Shown here: positions 12,961 through 24,700 of the stretch, one piece after another | Layout: every line of letters starts with the position of its first letter | How positions within the stretch are numbered: position 1 is the first letter of the stretch | Source: Mytilus trossulus | Taxonomy: Eukaryota | Length of the DNA: 64,000 bases | Assembly (NCBI RefSeq): GCF_036588685.1 | Contig: NC_086373.1 | Span: forward strand, 110,918,001-110,982,000 | Direction: 5' to 3' | Program-made: the position numbers and the translations under genes | The notes under the pieces: generated by a model | What the model saw: only the letters and a program-made list of their open reading frames with translations | Database searches by the model: none | What the model was told of the DNA's origin: nothing

Positions 12961-14980
12961 CTTGCAGACGTAAATACATAAAAGGGAAGCAACTCCGAAT
13001 TTCTTTTTTTTATTAAGTCAATGGTACAAGGGAGATAATTCCAATTGACGTGATAAAAAATTGTACTGAAATTTATTAGGACAATATCAGCCAATCAAAT
13101 TGCGAGAAATTACTCTAAATCAGGATAAAGTTTTATATCAGTACCCATCAATTTGACTTATAATGATGACTCGGCCCTTTTTTCAACACAGTACTGTTCT
13201 CAGATAAAAATTTCTATTTTTTGTGATAAAAATCAAATGTTCTTATCAAATGCTTCAAAATAGTATAATATGTCTGAAGTCTGATTGATTTTGATTTCCC
13301 TTGCTATCTTGAGTATAGGGAAAACGGTACTATTTATTCTGCCATAGGCGACAATACTTACATTTTCTAAATTTACCAGTTTTTATAATAAAAACCTGGA
13401 TAAAACAGTTCTGTGTGGTGTAAGTACTTTATTACTGTATTCTAAAAATTGAAGCCAAATAGTATCATAACCAATTTCTACCGGAGTTTGTTTATGTTAT
13501 CTATGCCCAACGTCACTTTGCACCAAATTTATTAAATTTTGGAAGCCTTTTCAAATAATTCTCTAGAAAATATTTCAATAGGTTTTAAAATTTATATTGT
13601 AAATTTACACACTGTAGTTTTTCATAGATAAATAAAAAAAAATATATTGTACCCTTACATCCAATCACAGCGCTTCTAATTTGACTTCCTTCACATGTCT
13701 TGGGTACACAAAAGGCCAACCTAATGCTGGGAAAATGTAATACCACCATTTTCCCAATAAAACATAACGTAATGCAGTTATTGTAAAAAATCTTAAAAGG
13801 TGTATTCTAAATTGAGAGACACATTCAGGAATGAATCCCATCCGTATTTTGTCTGTTCATAATTATGTTTGAATACACTGGGTTATTTGTCTATAGCTGT
13901 ATATTTGGTTTTAGGAAAGACTAATAGTTCTTATCTTATTATTTTATATAATGGGTTATGATGTTTAAAACATAGTATAGTACATAAGTGTTATAGATGG
14001 ATGCATTAATTTGAAATCGTGTATAGAGAAGATGCGACTTTTGAAAAGATGCAAACTACTGTTGCCTTAAAATGAAAAACATCTAATCAAAATCAAAATA
14101 ACATTTCACCCCTTTTCACCATTTTACCGCCAAAATTTGTGTTTTAGGGCAACATATTTTTTTTTATCCGTTACCTATGTTTTTTATTTGCTCATTAATT
14201 GAAACTACATTTCAGCTTTTTATATTACAGTTTTTGACCAAGTGTCATATAACGTTTGTTTGTTTATTCCGTTGAAAATATGTGAACTTCTCAATTTTCC
14301 CTATCATTTCAATGAAATATGGTCTCTTTTACATACCTGTTTAAAAGTAAAATGTTGAGCTTGAATGGTCCGTGATCCCCTATTTTTGTTTCGACAAATT
14401 TGATTAACTTTCTGTAAAGAATTTAATAAAAAAAAATAACCGAACTTCTGGTAGAAACCTCGAATAAGCCCGAGCCACCTTAAGTATCACATTTCCTTCT
14501 GAAATTTGAGAAAACCTCATGCAATGTTACGTGCAGTTGAGTACATCAAATGTTGATATTTTTGACAAAACAGTGTATTATCATTACCATGTGTTATGAT
14601 ATTTCCTACGTAAAAACAACATTGTCAGAACAGAATATTTAGCTAATGCTGGGGATTTGTTTTTATCAGTGTTTATTTCGTGCTTATGCGTATAGAATAC
14701 AGTGTATGTAGACTAATAATTTATGTTCATGAAGGAAAAAAAGGGTGTCCATGAAGATTTTTAAATCTGTTAAAGTCAACATTTCCTATGCCCTCGATCA
14801 ATATCATTTTCCTGTGTGAACATACCTCCATATCTCTATACTATCACGTGATTGGTATTGGTGATTGTTTTACCGAATTACATGTGTTTTATCGTAACAC
14901 TCAAGTTTAGGTGTGATTATACCAGTGTTCAAAAGTCATAAATCGCTAAAAAGAATTCAAATCAACATTGCATTCTAATT

Positions 14981-15425
14981 GGTTATCAAAGGTACCAGGA
15001 TTATAATTTAGTACGCCAGACGCGCGTGTCGTCTACATAAGACTCATCAGTGACGCTTATATCAAAATTTATAAAGCCAAACAAGTACAAAGTTGAAGCG
15101 CATTGAGGATCCAAAATTCCAAAAACTTGTGCCAAATACAGCTAAGGCTGTGATAAGAAAATCCTAAGTTTTTCGAAAAAATTTAAAGTTTGTAAACAGG
15201 AAATTTATAAAAATGACCACATTATTGATATTCATGTCAACGTCGGAGTGTTGACTACTGTGCTGGTGATACCCTCGGGGACGAAACGTCCACCAGCAGT
15301 GGCATTGACCCAGTGATGTATTAAAATAGTTATCAAAGGGTACTAGGATTATAGTTTAGTACGCCAGACGCGCGTTTCTTCTACATAAGACTCATCAGTG
15401 ACGCTCATATCAAAATTTATAAGAC
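14981..15425 (-). mobile_element. Retrozyme-like tandem array, family 1: two hammerheads 348 nt apart
   Basis: Hammerheads at 15013-15057 (GAAA changed to GACA) and 15361-15406; the segment gttatcaaag..taccaggattataatttagtacgccagacgcgcg is repeated. Confidence 0.88.
15361..15406 (-). ncRNA. Minimal type I hammerhead ribozyme
   Basis: gcgtca CTGATGA gtct-tatgt-agaa GAAA cgcgcg TC^tggcgt. Intact core, stem I gcgtca/tggcgt, palindromic stem-loop III; the first stem II pair is a G.A mismatch. Confidence 0.8.
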
Positions 15426-15689
15426 CGTGGGAAACACATCAACTCTAAGAAGAAAACATAAAAGGAAAGAAAAATCATTGCAATACACATATGCTACTTT
15501 AATAAAAAAAAACTTCAAAAAGATACGGTAGATGACTCATTTGTTACCTTTTTGGGATGTTGTCGGATTATATTTCTACAATATATGACCGACCAGCTTA
15601 TTATACCACTGATATAAATAAAACATTTTAAAGAAAATCAACTGAACCATAAAACACTAACAAATACTAGTACAACACATATTTAGTCT

Positions 15690-16430
15690 TACAGCTGCGG
15701 TCAACCTTAATGGATGGCTCGAACGGACATCGAACGGATGAATACAAAGGTTTACGTTGACAACTTTTTTTCATCCGTTGGAAGTCCGTTAGTGTACTGA
15801 CCAACTACAACGGACTCGTTTCGAATTGCTTACGAACATACACAGAATATCTATCGTACGAGAGCGGACCTAACAGAACAGAAGTCGAACGTACATCTAA
15901 TGGACGTGTACGCATAAAACGGACACCTAACGAAAACGTACTGGATATTACAGATGAACAAGATAAGCAGAAAACTAAAGGCGACTTATTAATACATTTA
16001 AATAACATAAACATGACCTTAGAATAATTAAAAGTTTCCGTGTAACTAGTTATAATGTTAACTCTAGACGGTTTATGCTTGCAACATTTAAGTTTAGTAT
16101 GACATAAAAAAAAATTAGCTGCTTGATAGTGAAGACGTTTTCTTACTCCACAATCCATCACAAATAATAAGCATTCATCACATTCACGAAATATGACATA
16201 CATTGTACCAATACTTGACATTTCTAACGCGAAGTTTTTAATTGGCATGTATCCGTTTTACTTCATTCTGTACGTTTCCGTTTTATCCGTTAACCCTTCC
16301 GTCCAAGTCTGTGTCACATTCGGTAGAAGTCCGTTTGACCTCCAGTGGATGTAAAACAGGCAAGTAACGGATACAGAACGGAAACAAAACGGACGAGTAA
16401 CGTTCAAAGGGACGACTACTGGACGTAAGG
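15690..16430. repeat. Decayed MITE-like element rich in AACGGA/TCCGTT subrepeats
   Basis: Many aacgga(c/t) motifs in both orientations; termini not resolved. Confidence 0.45.
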
Positions 16431-16555
16431 TAGCAATACACAGTTAGATGTTTAGTTTTGCATTATGTTCCCTGCAATTTTTTTAAATATGAAAGTTTTT
16501 GTACAATAAAATTGATTTTTAGATAATTGAAGAATAATATAGTCTTATATGAACA

Positions 16556-16720
16556 TTTTTACACTAGTAATTTCGGGGCCCTTTATAGCTTGTTGTTCGG
16601 TGTGAGCCAAGGCTCCGTGTTGAAGGCCGTAGTTTAACCTATAATGGTTTACTTTTTAAATTGTTATTTGGATGGAGAGTTGTCTCATTGACACTCACAC
16701 CACATCTTCCTATATCTATT
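16556..16720 (+). repeat. HINE/Helentron-like repeat 3' end. Near-identical copies at 25730-26070 and 43105-43370; related families at 25540-26180, 27560-27905, 34495-34785, 62530-62785, and (-) 11750-11830, 54875-54960
   Basis: Shared tgttgaaggccgta...acctata...gagagttgtctcattggcactcacaccacatcttc with terminal mini-hairpin gaga-gttg-tctc; the superfamily call is inferred. Confidence 0.7.
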
Positions 16721-17149
16721 TAGATTGTTTTTAACATGTTTTATGGGCCATTTATATGATTGAAAGTCCGTATTTTCCTATCCGTACCGTCCATAGTTCC
16801 ATAAGTTATAGTAGTGTTTATCAACAAAGATTTTGCGCTCGATCTTTTCAATTCAATTTTATAGAAAAACGAGCAGAAATGCATATGATTTTTTTGGACC
16901 ACTTAATAGATATAAACCTATGGATTCAGGAAAGGTATCACTGTAATTGATTGAAATTTTCCTTTAGACCGAATTTTGGAGACTTTTGTGACATGTTCAC
17001 CCCCCTTTTTTGCTATATTTTGCATCTAAGAAATGCAGCTTGTTTCCATGGTTACACCCAAAGGGATTATATATATCACCTTTATGACCATTGAAATGAA
17101 ATCTATGGAAGATTTTCTTGCTATAAGTATATACAAGTATATCATGTAC

Positions 17150-17420
17150 ATCTATTATGTAGTCAGTTTATAAAATTTACTGTTTGCAACGGTATGTTTT
17201 ATTCTAAATTCTAAATTCTAAATAATATTTATGAATGTCGTTGTCCCAGGTGAATAACACAGGCCGTGTTGGTCGAGACTTTTTTTTAAAAACTTTTGAT
17301 CCTCGATGCTTTTTAGCTTTGTACTTGGTTTGGCTTTCAAACTTTTTTCCATCTGAGCGTATCTGGGAAGTCTTGTATGGACGTGGCGCACGTCTGACGT
17401 ATAAACAGAATTTAATTTCA
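17150..17420 (+). mobile_element. Highly decayed retrozyme-like unit
   Basis: tttgatcctcgatgctt...tttgtacttggtttggcttt followed by the degenerate hammerhead gagcgtatctgggaagtcttgtatggacgtggcgcacgtctgacgt. Confidence 0.6.
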
Positions 17421-19043
17421 ATTTATATTATGCCGCTAAAGATTTACATAGTCCTAGAAATATAGCTTTCTTGAATTTCATTAAAAGATTAATGGTCGTA
17501 TGGTGCAGTTTATTTCTTAATTTGTGTTTTTTTTTAGCTAGCAATTGTCCTATTTCGTCATCACACTTAAACTTGGAATGAACATTTAATTTATTACATC
17601 ATTAATATATATATGTATACATTATGTATAATTTTAGATATTATTGCACGACGACAAAAACAAAAATAATTAAAGTGTCTCAGTTATTGGTTTATTGATT
17701 TATTGCTTGCAAACAGATCTTTAATGATGATAATAATAAAAGCTAATCTCATAATGTGCGTTACATCTTTAATCTTATAAGGATTTGAGCTGTGACTGCA
17801 TGCTATATTAACCACAATTGGACACTAACATTTTGGATGATTGAAATCAATTCTTACAATTGTAAAACTTTTGTACGCTAGTTTGTTTTTAGATATTTAG
17901 TTTTTATTATTCCATGTTGGTGTACAAGTTAATCAATATTTGGTTATTGTTTTATAATACGGATGTTGTGTCCATAATACTAAGGTTTGTCAAATAGTAT
18001 ATTAGTTGCTGAAAATATCTTATGTTTTTGGTCCTAATTCTATCGTTACAGAAATGAAAAATACAAGACACGAGAGCTTACGTTATATATAATAGGAAAA
18101 ATATATATCTCTGCAAAGACATAATAAAATTGCCTTTGTTGATTTCGTATTCGAAGTCAATAATACCGTAAAACATTGTTAAAATGTCCTTGTCGCTAAT
18201 CAATTACAATGAATGTGAAACCAAATTCCTAAAAAGTTATCTTAATGAATGGCACGAAAAATACTCCCGATACACAAATTGTGAATCGAAAAAAAGATCA
18301 ACACGGGCCCTTAAATATTGCATTTTTCACATTGCAAAGATTGACATCGAGCTCAAAGAGCTAAAAATATAATAAAATAGCATTATTGCTTTGTTTAAGT
18401 TAATGTAAATCAAATAATAAAGACAAATAACAAAACAAGTTAAATTAAAGCGTGCACGAAACAAAAAAATATATAAGAACATATAAAATCAACAGTTTAT
18501 CGGTGTATTAATGTATTAGCAGGGTTCGTTATGCTAAGTGTTTAGTTTTCTATGTTGTGTTTGGTAGACTGTTGTTTATCTGTGATAGTTGTATGTGATT
18601 TGCCATGGCGTTGTCATTTGAACATTCCTTTGATAGGATTTACCCATCTGACTGTCCGATATTTTGGCCAACTTTGTCTTAATATTCTAAATAATACAAC
18701 AAATGGAAGTTTTAAACGATCTTGACTGGCTATACAGCCTTTGCACGGTCGGATCTAAATAATAGAAGGGCAATTAAACTGTTTAAAATTATATGGTCGT
18801 TGTGCACACATAACTTGAAATCTTTGAAACTTGTTAAGAAATAGACATTATTCTGCACTTTGTAGGCTTTGTAAACATTGATAAAAAAAAGGGTAACAAA
18901 AATACATGAACTTATGCTTAAGGATGTAAACGATAGATACAACAACGTTCAAATTAGAATGATTCGAGTGATAGATCTAAAAAAAGTTAAAATATCTACA
19001 AACTTATTTTGACAAGTTTATAAAGTATTGTGGTTAATTGGAA

Positions 19044-19143
19044 TCTAAGATTTGAGGACTAATTTAACTCTCAGATTTGAGGAATTATTTAACTCTAAGA
19101 TTTGAGGACTAATTAAACTCTAAGATTTGAGGACTAACTTAAC
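19044..19143. repeat. 25-bp minisatellite x4
   Basis: Unit tctaagatttgaggactaatttaac. Confidence 0.9.
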
Positions 19144-20656
19144 ACAAATATTTGATTTTACAGTAAACACCCTTCCGTTATAATAATGTGAAGCATGGGG
19201 ATTTGAAAATGATAGAATACTAGGAAATATCATTTGAAATTCTGGAAATCGTTACCCCACCAAAACATGTATTTATGTAGTGCTTAAACAATATCTTTTA
19301 TAAATAGTTCTTAATGTCAGATTTGTATCGAACCGGGTTCAAATTAAACAGATAACGGACAGCAACTAGTGTTCTATTATGTATAACATAATATTACAAC
19401 TAGCTCAGGCAAAATAGATCCGTTCTGCATGGATTTATCATATAGAACATATTTAAACAATTGATTTTCTTTTGAAATGTTACATTGTAATAATGACATG
19501 CCATGAACACAATTTGGCACATTTCCAGGTTTAAATTGCAGATCCAATCCATACCTTGATTTCAAATGTTAAAATAAACACAGTATTATAAAATTATACT
19601 TTGAAAACTATTTCAATTTAAAGGACAAGGGTATACCGATTCTCTAGAAACTATCAATTCAAATTCGGAAGAAGATTGACCATTTCAAGAAGAAACAAAC
19701 ACTTGTCAACTGTGGATAACGTAAGGTATTTGAGACGAATATTGATAACCGGGCTTGTAATGATAGAACATATATCAACCATGGTATTATTTAGAGGTTA
19801 GGGATATTGTTACTTTATTTCATAAGGTCAAAACAAGGAAATTTAAAGGTTCTCAAAAAGTATGAATGAAAGCGTGGGTTTTGTTTGTTAAGAATTGTAA
19901 ATGGTTATCCCTAAAATTCAATGTAGATTGTAATATGTTAATTGTATTGTATAAAATCATTAATCTGTCTACTTGTTTGTTGTTTTCTTTGCATTGTTAC
20001 CCAAACTTTTTTTGTACCTTTGTTTAATTGTATTTATTATGGTTTTGTTTTGTCTCTTTACTATTGTTTCAACAACTGTTTGATCGGATGAACACGAAAT
20101 TTAAGTATTTCATACTCATCTTGTTAAGTTATGTATTGGAAGTTATCTCTTGTTAAGTAAATGCACTTAAAAGTGTCTATCATTTAAAGTCTGAGATATA
20201 CATCTTACGTTACCTTTTCTACTGAGGGATCATACACTATTCTAGTTCATCAACTGTTCATAAATTATCAATCATAAAATCTCGTTTTACATCATTTGCA
20301 TTGCAAATATAACTGATTTTTAAATTAGGTAAGAAAGTTATATCATCATTTCAGTTTTGCCATTTGTTTATTGGCATACAAGACCAAAATGGGAAACAAT
20401 TAGTACATTATATTGTTTGATGCTGCAAAAAAAGGAATTTTAATTTGAACGTGTCAAAATAATTGATTGAGCAGTGATAACTAGATTCAGTTTTGAAGAA
20501 AATAAAATCAAAAATCACAACAGAACAATCGTTTTACGGGAAATTAAAGGGTAAACCCAGAACTAGTCTGTTATAAAGATGGCAGCAAACTAGATGCTTA
20601 AAACAAATCACCATAATAGAGAATTTCTGTTTACTCATTTTTATCGACGTTTGCAC

Positions 20657-20950
20657 AAAAAGTAAAATCACAAAATTACTGAACTCAGAGGAAAATCAAT
20701 ACGGAAAGTCCATAATCACATGGCAAAATCAAATAACGAAACGCATCAAAAACGAATAGACAAGAACTGTCATATTCCTGACTTGGTACAGGCATTTTTC
20801 AAATGTAGAAAATGGTGGATTAAACCTGGTTCTATAGCGCTAACCCTCTCTCTTTAATAACAGTCTCATCTAATTACGTTATATTTACACGATGCGTTAA
20901 ATAAACAGTCACAATTAATACAATAGTCAAAATATGGTTACATCAGTATT
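20657..20950 (-). repeat. Retroelement 3'-terminal repeat, inverted near-copy of 40285-40577. Relatives at 6053-6330, 21060-21180, 31095-31280, 49660-49780
   Basis: Shared aatgcctgtaccaagtcaggaatatgacagtt...tgagttcagtatttttgtgattttactttt. Confidence 0.8.
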
Positions 20951-21659
20951 TGTGTCTTTGCGACGTAATCGTCCGTTTGTTTCACATCGGTTTTAATATA
21001 ATAATATTATATACGACTGTCATAAACTGAGAGGTTTGGCTAGCTTTAAAATCTTTCATTTTCAACACAATGAATATGACAGTTGTTTTCCATCCGTTTG
21101 ATGTGCATGAGCTATTTTGCCATTTGATAAAGGACATTCAGTTTTGAGTTTTCTTTGGAATTTGGTAAGTTGCTGATTTACCTTAAACATGTCAACCAAT
21201 GTTCATGCAGCTGTTAATTACATGGAAAATTACGCACAAGGTCTTCCAAATTTAATATTCTAATGAATAAACCTGTATATGAGATTGTTATCAATCTTCT
21301 TATATATAAGGCTTTCACCCTTTTTTGACATGAACAGCTCATGAAGCCAAATTAGTTAATTGTGTAATTGTATGCATGATATGCTTGTTACTGTTTTATT
21401 TGTTTGCGATTTTGTATTTTTTTATTTAGATAAAACAACTGAACTATTATATAGTTATGATTTTATATTTGAATCTCCTTCCTAGGATTTATATCAATTC
21501 AATTCCTTTCATCAACAAATATTCTACAATTCAAAATATGCTTTCTGCACTCATGATTTTATAGATGTTCATATACTGTTTTGTCTTTTTTTTATTTGCA
21601 GCTTTTCTAGAGAGGAAAGTATAAAAACCAAGTGACTTTTCATCATTTGGTCAGAAAAG

Positions 21660-21741
21660 ATGATACCACTTGGGACCAGTAAACAATACTTTCTACTTGT
21701 GTTTTTGCTTTTATCACTTACGACAATATCAATTGGTCAAA
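21660..21741 (+). CDS. Exon 1: signal peptide MIPLGTSKQYFLLVFLLLSLTTISIGQ
   Basis: Acceptor ttttttttatttgcag ends at 21601; ATG at 21660; hydrophobic core FLLVFLLLSL; donor A|gtaagt at 21742 in phase 1, matching all downstream Ig exons. The link to the exon at 33913 across a 12 kb intron is inferred. Confidence 0.78.
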
Positions 21742-24700
21742 GTAAGTGTATATCAAACATAAAAGATCAAGACGTCAGTATGTTACTGATATTCAAATAT
21801 CATAAACCAATGAAGAAAAGCAAATCAAAATGATGGAATTACATTATACTAAAAACAAACATCTGATTGCACCAACAGGATACGTGTCTCCTGTTATATA
21901 TCATGTGTATGTATTACCCAAAATGCAAATCTTCATTAGTTCAAAATGTCATTTTCCGGATTACGTAGCAATCCGCAAAACTACTAAAATATCAACTTCA
22001 AGGAAAATAAAGATAACATCAATTATCTGTGCATTATACAAAGCATGTTATTATCTTTACATATTGTGTGTTTGTCTTGCGTCATTTAAATTATTTTTTT
22101 CTCACAAACTTGACATATATCGCCGATTTTTTTACACGTCTAGTACTTTGGGTCATAGATCTGTAAAACCTAAAAATCGCACCAATTTATATTATGTTAA
22201 TGAAATTCTTAGATAACATTGTCGACAGTAATAGCATATACCTTTTTTTTTAAGTTCATGTTTTCCGTTTGCATATCTATATAGTTACAAATATTTGTGG
22301 CACAACTTTTCTTTTAAGTTTTGGACCACAAACATGTTTTAACACATTCAAACATAATTGGTTCCTGTGGTTCAAATGACAATGAATTGGGCACTCTTTT
22401 TTTAAGAAAATAAAATACTTCCTAAAACTGTTCGAAATATTTTAAAATTCCTATTAAAATGGACCTATGGCTTGATCAACCTAATACATTAAAGGAGTCA
22501 TTAGTATTTGGACTATTGTTATGTTATAAAACAAATTGACTTTTTTTGTTTTAAAATTTTCACTTCAGTATGTATCCTGATATACTTATATATCAACATA
22601 TAGACATATTTTTAGCAGATTCAGTGTAAAATGAAATAGAAAAATCTTAACAACCATAATCCTGAAGAACTTTTAGAACAACAAAAAGTGTCAAAGTACT
22701 TGATTTATGGTAGAAAAATCGAAATGACAAAATACTAAATGCCGACGAAAATTTAAAAAATGAGAGTCCCAAGTTATTAATTTGTATACACTCTTCTTTT
22801 AGTGTTGACTCAAATAAATAGAGTGTAATTATTACAGCATAATAAGTTAACTTCATTTAATTGGTCATTGATCAATTTTCTGTTGTCTACTTTTGTTTGT
22901 TAGTCAGTTGCATAAGCAATAGAGTAACTAAATTTAAGATATGGAGTGACTAATTGATTCTGAGTTGAACATGTCTGTTTTAAAATGACCATAGTTTCTT
23001 AATTGTCTTTTGCTATTTTGGCTATGAACATTCCCCAACGATTTAACATAGGATATCTTTGAACAACTAAGTAAACTTTTTCTGAAATTAATAAAGTTAC
23101 ATGGCAGGTCAATAATTTTACATAGGTATCTGACATGGTTATACCAACTGTTGTAATTATTGTCATCTTAATCTTTTGAGGTCTGTAAGGCTTTATACAA
23201 AAAGGAGTTATCGCGCATATTTTCATTTCTTAAATAACAATTCAATAAGTTTTTCACAGAACTTATAAACATAGGAAATATACCCAGTTCAGACAGTACA
23301 GCTGCTTTTTCTATTTACACCTAAAATAAATTGTGTTATTTTATTTGTAATTTAAATAGTTCAAGATCTCAATAATTGCTTACAGTATACAAAGGATTGA
23401 GAGAGATCTCAAATAATGTTCATGTAATAAGATTTAGAATTATAAATCAACAACGGACATCATCTGAACATAAGCATATATCATATAAAGCACATTAAAT
23501 TATATTTATTGTACACATTTTGTTTGACCGTGAAAATCTGGTCTACAACAATTTAGTTATCAAGTAAATATAAATTAGATAACTGAATTTGCAAGGTTTA
23601 TATAACCAGCATATGAGTAAGACCAGTATATAAATGATTTTGTGAACTGTTATCAATAAATGAATGTGTCTCACCCTTGGTAATTCCATACAAAACACAG
23701 TTGTAATGAAAATTATTTTTGACAGACAGAACTTGAAAATGTCAATGTATAAACATGGAGAATCCATTATATAGGGTATACATTCATTAGGCAAGCAACA
23801 ACACACCTAAAAGATATCTTTATCGCAAATATTCTGTTAAAATTAACAATTGCTTATTGTTCTGACGATACTGCTTTTGGACGAAATATAATCATGGTAT
23901 CTATGATGAGTTTATCTACAACCACTGGGTCGATGCCTCTGCTGTTGGAGTTTTAATTCCCCGAGGGTATCACCAGCCCAGTAATCAGTACTTCTCTGCT
24001 GCCATGACGTATCATTGGTATGGTCATATTCATAAATTAACTGTTTACAAAACTTTTGAATTGCTGAAATACTAAGGCTTTTCTCACTCGGGAATATATT
24101 GCTTTAGCTGTATTTGGCAAACAATTTAGGAATGTTGGTTCTCAATGCTCTAATTTCGTACTTTATATGTCCATTTTCACCTTTCGAGCGTCACCGATGA
24201 GTCTTTGGTAGACGACATGCTCGTCTAGTGTGTATACACAATTTAATCCTGGTATCTATGATGAGTTTATTTGTTAATTTAAGGAGGTGGATATATAGAA
24301 AATCATAGAATTTTGTTCTGAATTTGCTACATTTGATGTTTTTTTCCCCAATTTATTTGTACGGTTTATCAGATCAGGAACATTATCATCAAATTGCTTT
24401 ATATTTTGTTGTTTATATATACCTTAAATGTCTATTTTCTTTAGTTGTATGGTGGTTTTCTTTTAATCATAACATTACAAACCCGTAAAAGTCTGAAATG
24501 GTCTATATCAGCACTCGACTGTAGTATTGGCCAGTACTCAGTCATTGTATACTCGTCTGAACCATGCTCGACTTAGTCTGAGCCATGCTCAACCTAGTCT
24601 GAGCCATATGCTCAACCTAATCTGAACCTTACTCAACTACGTCTTCATGAATTTAAAAAGGACACGTTTGTTTTGTAAAATTTAACATAATCACGATAAC

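Larger units (their letters stand above)
9774..13130 (-). mobile_element. Crypton (tyrosine recombinase) DNA transposon, decayed
   Basis: YR pseudogene inside; long terminal palindrome at 9774-10291 (split by a SINE); inverted tttatccggattt (~10296) / aaatcaggataaa (~13117); tattaggacaat recurs at ~13074. Exact ends are uncertain. Confidence 0.75.
8407..13755. repeat. ~320-345 bp direct repeats (8407-8721 and 13412-13755) bracketing the Crypton
   Basis: Both run tgtgtggtgt(t/a)agtactttattactgtattctaaaaattgaagcc ... gctgggaaaatgtaatac(t/c)accattttccc. Confidence 0.85.
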
